Source of the DNA: Ignavibacteriota bacterium | Lineage (GTDB): Bacteria > Bacteroidota > Ignavibacteria > UBA10030 | DNA length: 64,000 nucleotides | Assembly (NCBI GenBank): GCA_963701295.1 | Contig: OY969585.1 | Coordinates: forward strand, 1,760,001 to 1,824,000 | Reading direction: 5' to 3' | Shown here: positions 62,286-64,000 of the stretch, in pieces | Numbering within the stretch: the stretch's first letter is position 1 | Layout: each line of letters opens with the position of its first letter | Notes under the pieces: model-generated | Seen by the model: only the letters and a program-made list of their open reading frames with translations | The model's database searches: none | Told to the model about the DNA's origin: nothing | Position numbers and translations under genes: made by a program

Positions 62286-62660
62286 TTATCCTTCGTTTTC
62301 TTTCTTTTCTTTTAATTTTTTTGATGCTATGAGATAGAAAACGATTAAGGCAAGTCCGCCGAAAATTAATATGCTTCCAAAGATTGCAGTTTCCTCATGA
62401 AATCCAAAGTAATATTCAAGTTGCTGGCCGACGAGTAATCCGATGCCGGCAAAAACAAAGAGGAGTCCCCATTTAAGATTGCTGAGCGTACTTCCTTGCC
62501 ACATCCGGAAGGGAGAGGTTGATTTAAAATCAGCAGGATTAATTCCTTTTTCGATCATTGCTATTCGTTCTTTATGACGACCTTCAAAAAATTTCCAGAG
62601 AACAACTGCAATTGCACAAAAGAGGAAAATGGGAATAAAAGCACCAATAAATTGAATCAT
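62286..62660 (-). CDS. Small membrane protein associated with an ECF sigma (DUF6249-like)
   Basis: RHKERIAMIEKG, LKWGLLFVFAGIGL; divergent from the sigma gene. Confidence 0.75.
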   Translation of the reverse strand: MIQFIGAFIPIFLFCAIAVVLWKFFEGRHKERIAMIEKGINPADFKSTSPFRMWQGSTLSNLKWGLLFVFAGIGLLVGQQLEYYFGFHEETAIFGSILIFGGLALIVFYLIASKKLKEKKENEG

Positions 62661-62804
62661 TGTTTTCTCCAGGTATTATGATTGATGTTGATTGACTGCT
62701 TTAGTAACTTTGACCTGTAGTTTGAAGAAAAGGTTTCAGGAAAATTTCGGAAACCTATCTGCACAAAACTTGGTCTAAGTTTTTATGAATGCCGGTAGAT
62801 TTAG

Positions 62805-63401
62805 ATGAGTGATACGGATAGAGAGATAATCCAGCGTGTCCTGGATGGGGATGTACAATCCTTCGGCATTCTTGTTGATAAACACAAAGCCAAAGCAATG
62901 ACGCTAGCGATGCGAATATTGAACAACCGCGAAGATGCCGAAGAAGCATTGCAGGATGCTTTTGTGCGTGTGTATCGCGCATTATCTTCATTTGAATGGA
63001 AATCGAGTTTTTCTACGTGGTTCTATCGGATAGTCTATAATACATGCACGACAATGATTGGAAAAAGAAACGGAAAACATCACATTTCGCTAGATGGTGT
63101 GGATGAAGATGGACCGCGAGTGGAGATCGAGTCGGATGAACTGCAGCCCGACATGAGAATGGAATCCGACGAATTTTCTAAGATTGTTCGTGAAGAAGTA
63201 GAAAAATTGCCATCGGCATACGGAAACACTTTTACATTATTTACTATTCAAGATATGAGTTACGAAGAAATCGTTCAAGTCACCGGATTGCCGCTCGGCA
63301 CAGTTAAGGCGAGGCTCTTTCGGGCACGCGCAATGCTGCGAAAGGCAATTGTGAAGCGAATGGATCACTTCCCCGTAATAAAGGAACAAGAAGGATATTG
63401 A
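62805..63401 (+). CDS. ECF sigma-70 factor
   Basis: DAEEALQDAF, FSTWFYRIVYN, SYEEI..TGLPLGTVKARLFRAR. Confidence 0.95.
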   Translation: MSDTDREIIQRVLDGDVQSFGILVDKHKAKAMTLAMRILNNREDAEEALQDAFVRVYRALSSFEWKSSFSTWFYRIVYNTCTTMIGKRNGKHHISLDGVDEDGPRVEIESDELQPDMRMESDEFSKIVREEVEKLPSAYGNTFTLFTIQDMSYEEIVQVTGLPLGTVKARLFRARAMLRKAIVKRMDHFPVIKEQEGY

Positions 63402-63404
63402 AAA

Positions 63405-63953
63405 ATGGAACATCTTTCTTTTGACATTATTTGTAGAATTGCAGATGGAGACATGTCGCAAAGTGAAATAGAATTATATTTGACTCATTGGAAGTCTTGC
63501 CAATCTTGCCAGCAAGAAATTGAGCTGCAGCGATCGATAGTAAAAGTATCACGCAAAGCACAACTTGTCAATCCATCTAATAGTTTTGTGAAGAATATTC
63601 TCGATGTAATTCTCCCTTCTCAAAGGAAGAGATGGTACGAATGGCTTCTTCACAATATGGGCAATGTTATTGCAATGGCATCGGTTCTTGCCTTTTTGGC
63701 GTATATATTTTCAATAACCGATATCGGTGCTTTTCAAAATGATAAATCTACTGAAGTTAAACTGATTCTGGAATTTCTTAAAATTATCCAGGATGGCAGC
63801 CAGCAGATCGGCAATTATCTAACACCGAAATTTCCTATTCAAAACATTGGCGCATTTCATATGCATACTATCGTCTTTGCTTTACTGGCAATTATTTTGC
63901 TTGTGTTTATTGATCGAATTGCTGGTCATTTCTTTCGTCATTTAAAGGCTTAA
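63405..63953 (+). CDS. Zinc-binding (ZAS) transmembrane anti-sigma factor
   Basis: HxxxCxxC (HWKSCQSC), TM segments, directly downstream of the ECF sigma. Confidence 0.85.
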   Translation: MEHLSFDIICRIADGDMSQSEIELYLTHWKSCQSCQQEIELQRSIVKVSRKAQLVNPSNSFVKNILDVILPSQRKRWYEWLLHNMGNVIAMASVLAFLAYIFSITDIGAFQNDKSTEVKLILEFLKIIQDGSQQIGNYLTPKFPIQNIGAFHMHTIVFALLAIILLVFIDRIAGHFFRHLKA

Positions 63954-64000
63954 TCCGTATTTTTTATACCCACCTTGACTTTTCTGTATTCATGTAGTAT

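Overview
Bacterial chromosome segment, most likely FCB group and Ignavibacteria-like (inferred from the many 'LxQNYPNPFNPST...KKxxLLK' T9SS sorting domains, PorV-like genes and absence of SusD). Four zones. (1) 1-2.4 kb: end of an upstream secreted-protein/PorV-like module plus gene scraps. (2) 2.6-33.3 kb: a complete starch/maltodextrin utilisation locus (malQ, LacI with a perfect operator, TonB-dependent receptor, a 1282-aa partner protein, a PorV-like barrel, three GH13, GH57, two MFS transporters, a debranching-like GH) with no SusD. (3) 33.3-51.6 kb: an accessory region next to an initiator tRNA-Met. It holds an integron-type cassette array: a promoter and attI-like site at ~36.9 kb, 8 intact unusually long attC sites (131-159 bp), 3 decayed ones, and no integrase gene in the window. 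Cargo includes a type IIG-like restriction-modification protein, a UDG-family protein and paralogous T9SS-secreted beta-propeller proteins. (4) 51.9-64 kb: housekeeping genes (gap, pgk, rhomboid, ispG, trxA, lipocalin, SDR, ALDH, ECF sigma/anti-sigma). All four apparent frameshifts fall at or next to GTAC, which suggests systematic base-calling errors at a modified motif. Annotations come from reading motifs by eye; no database searches were run.
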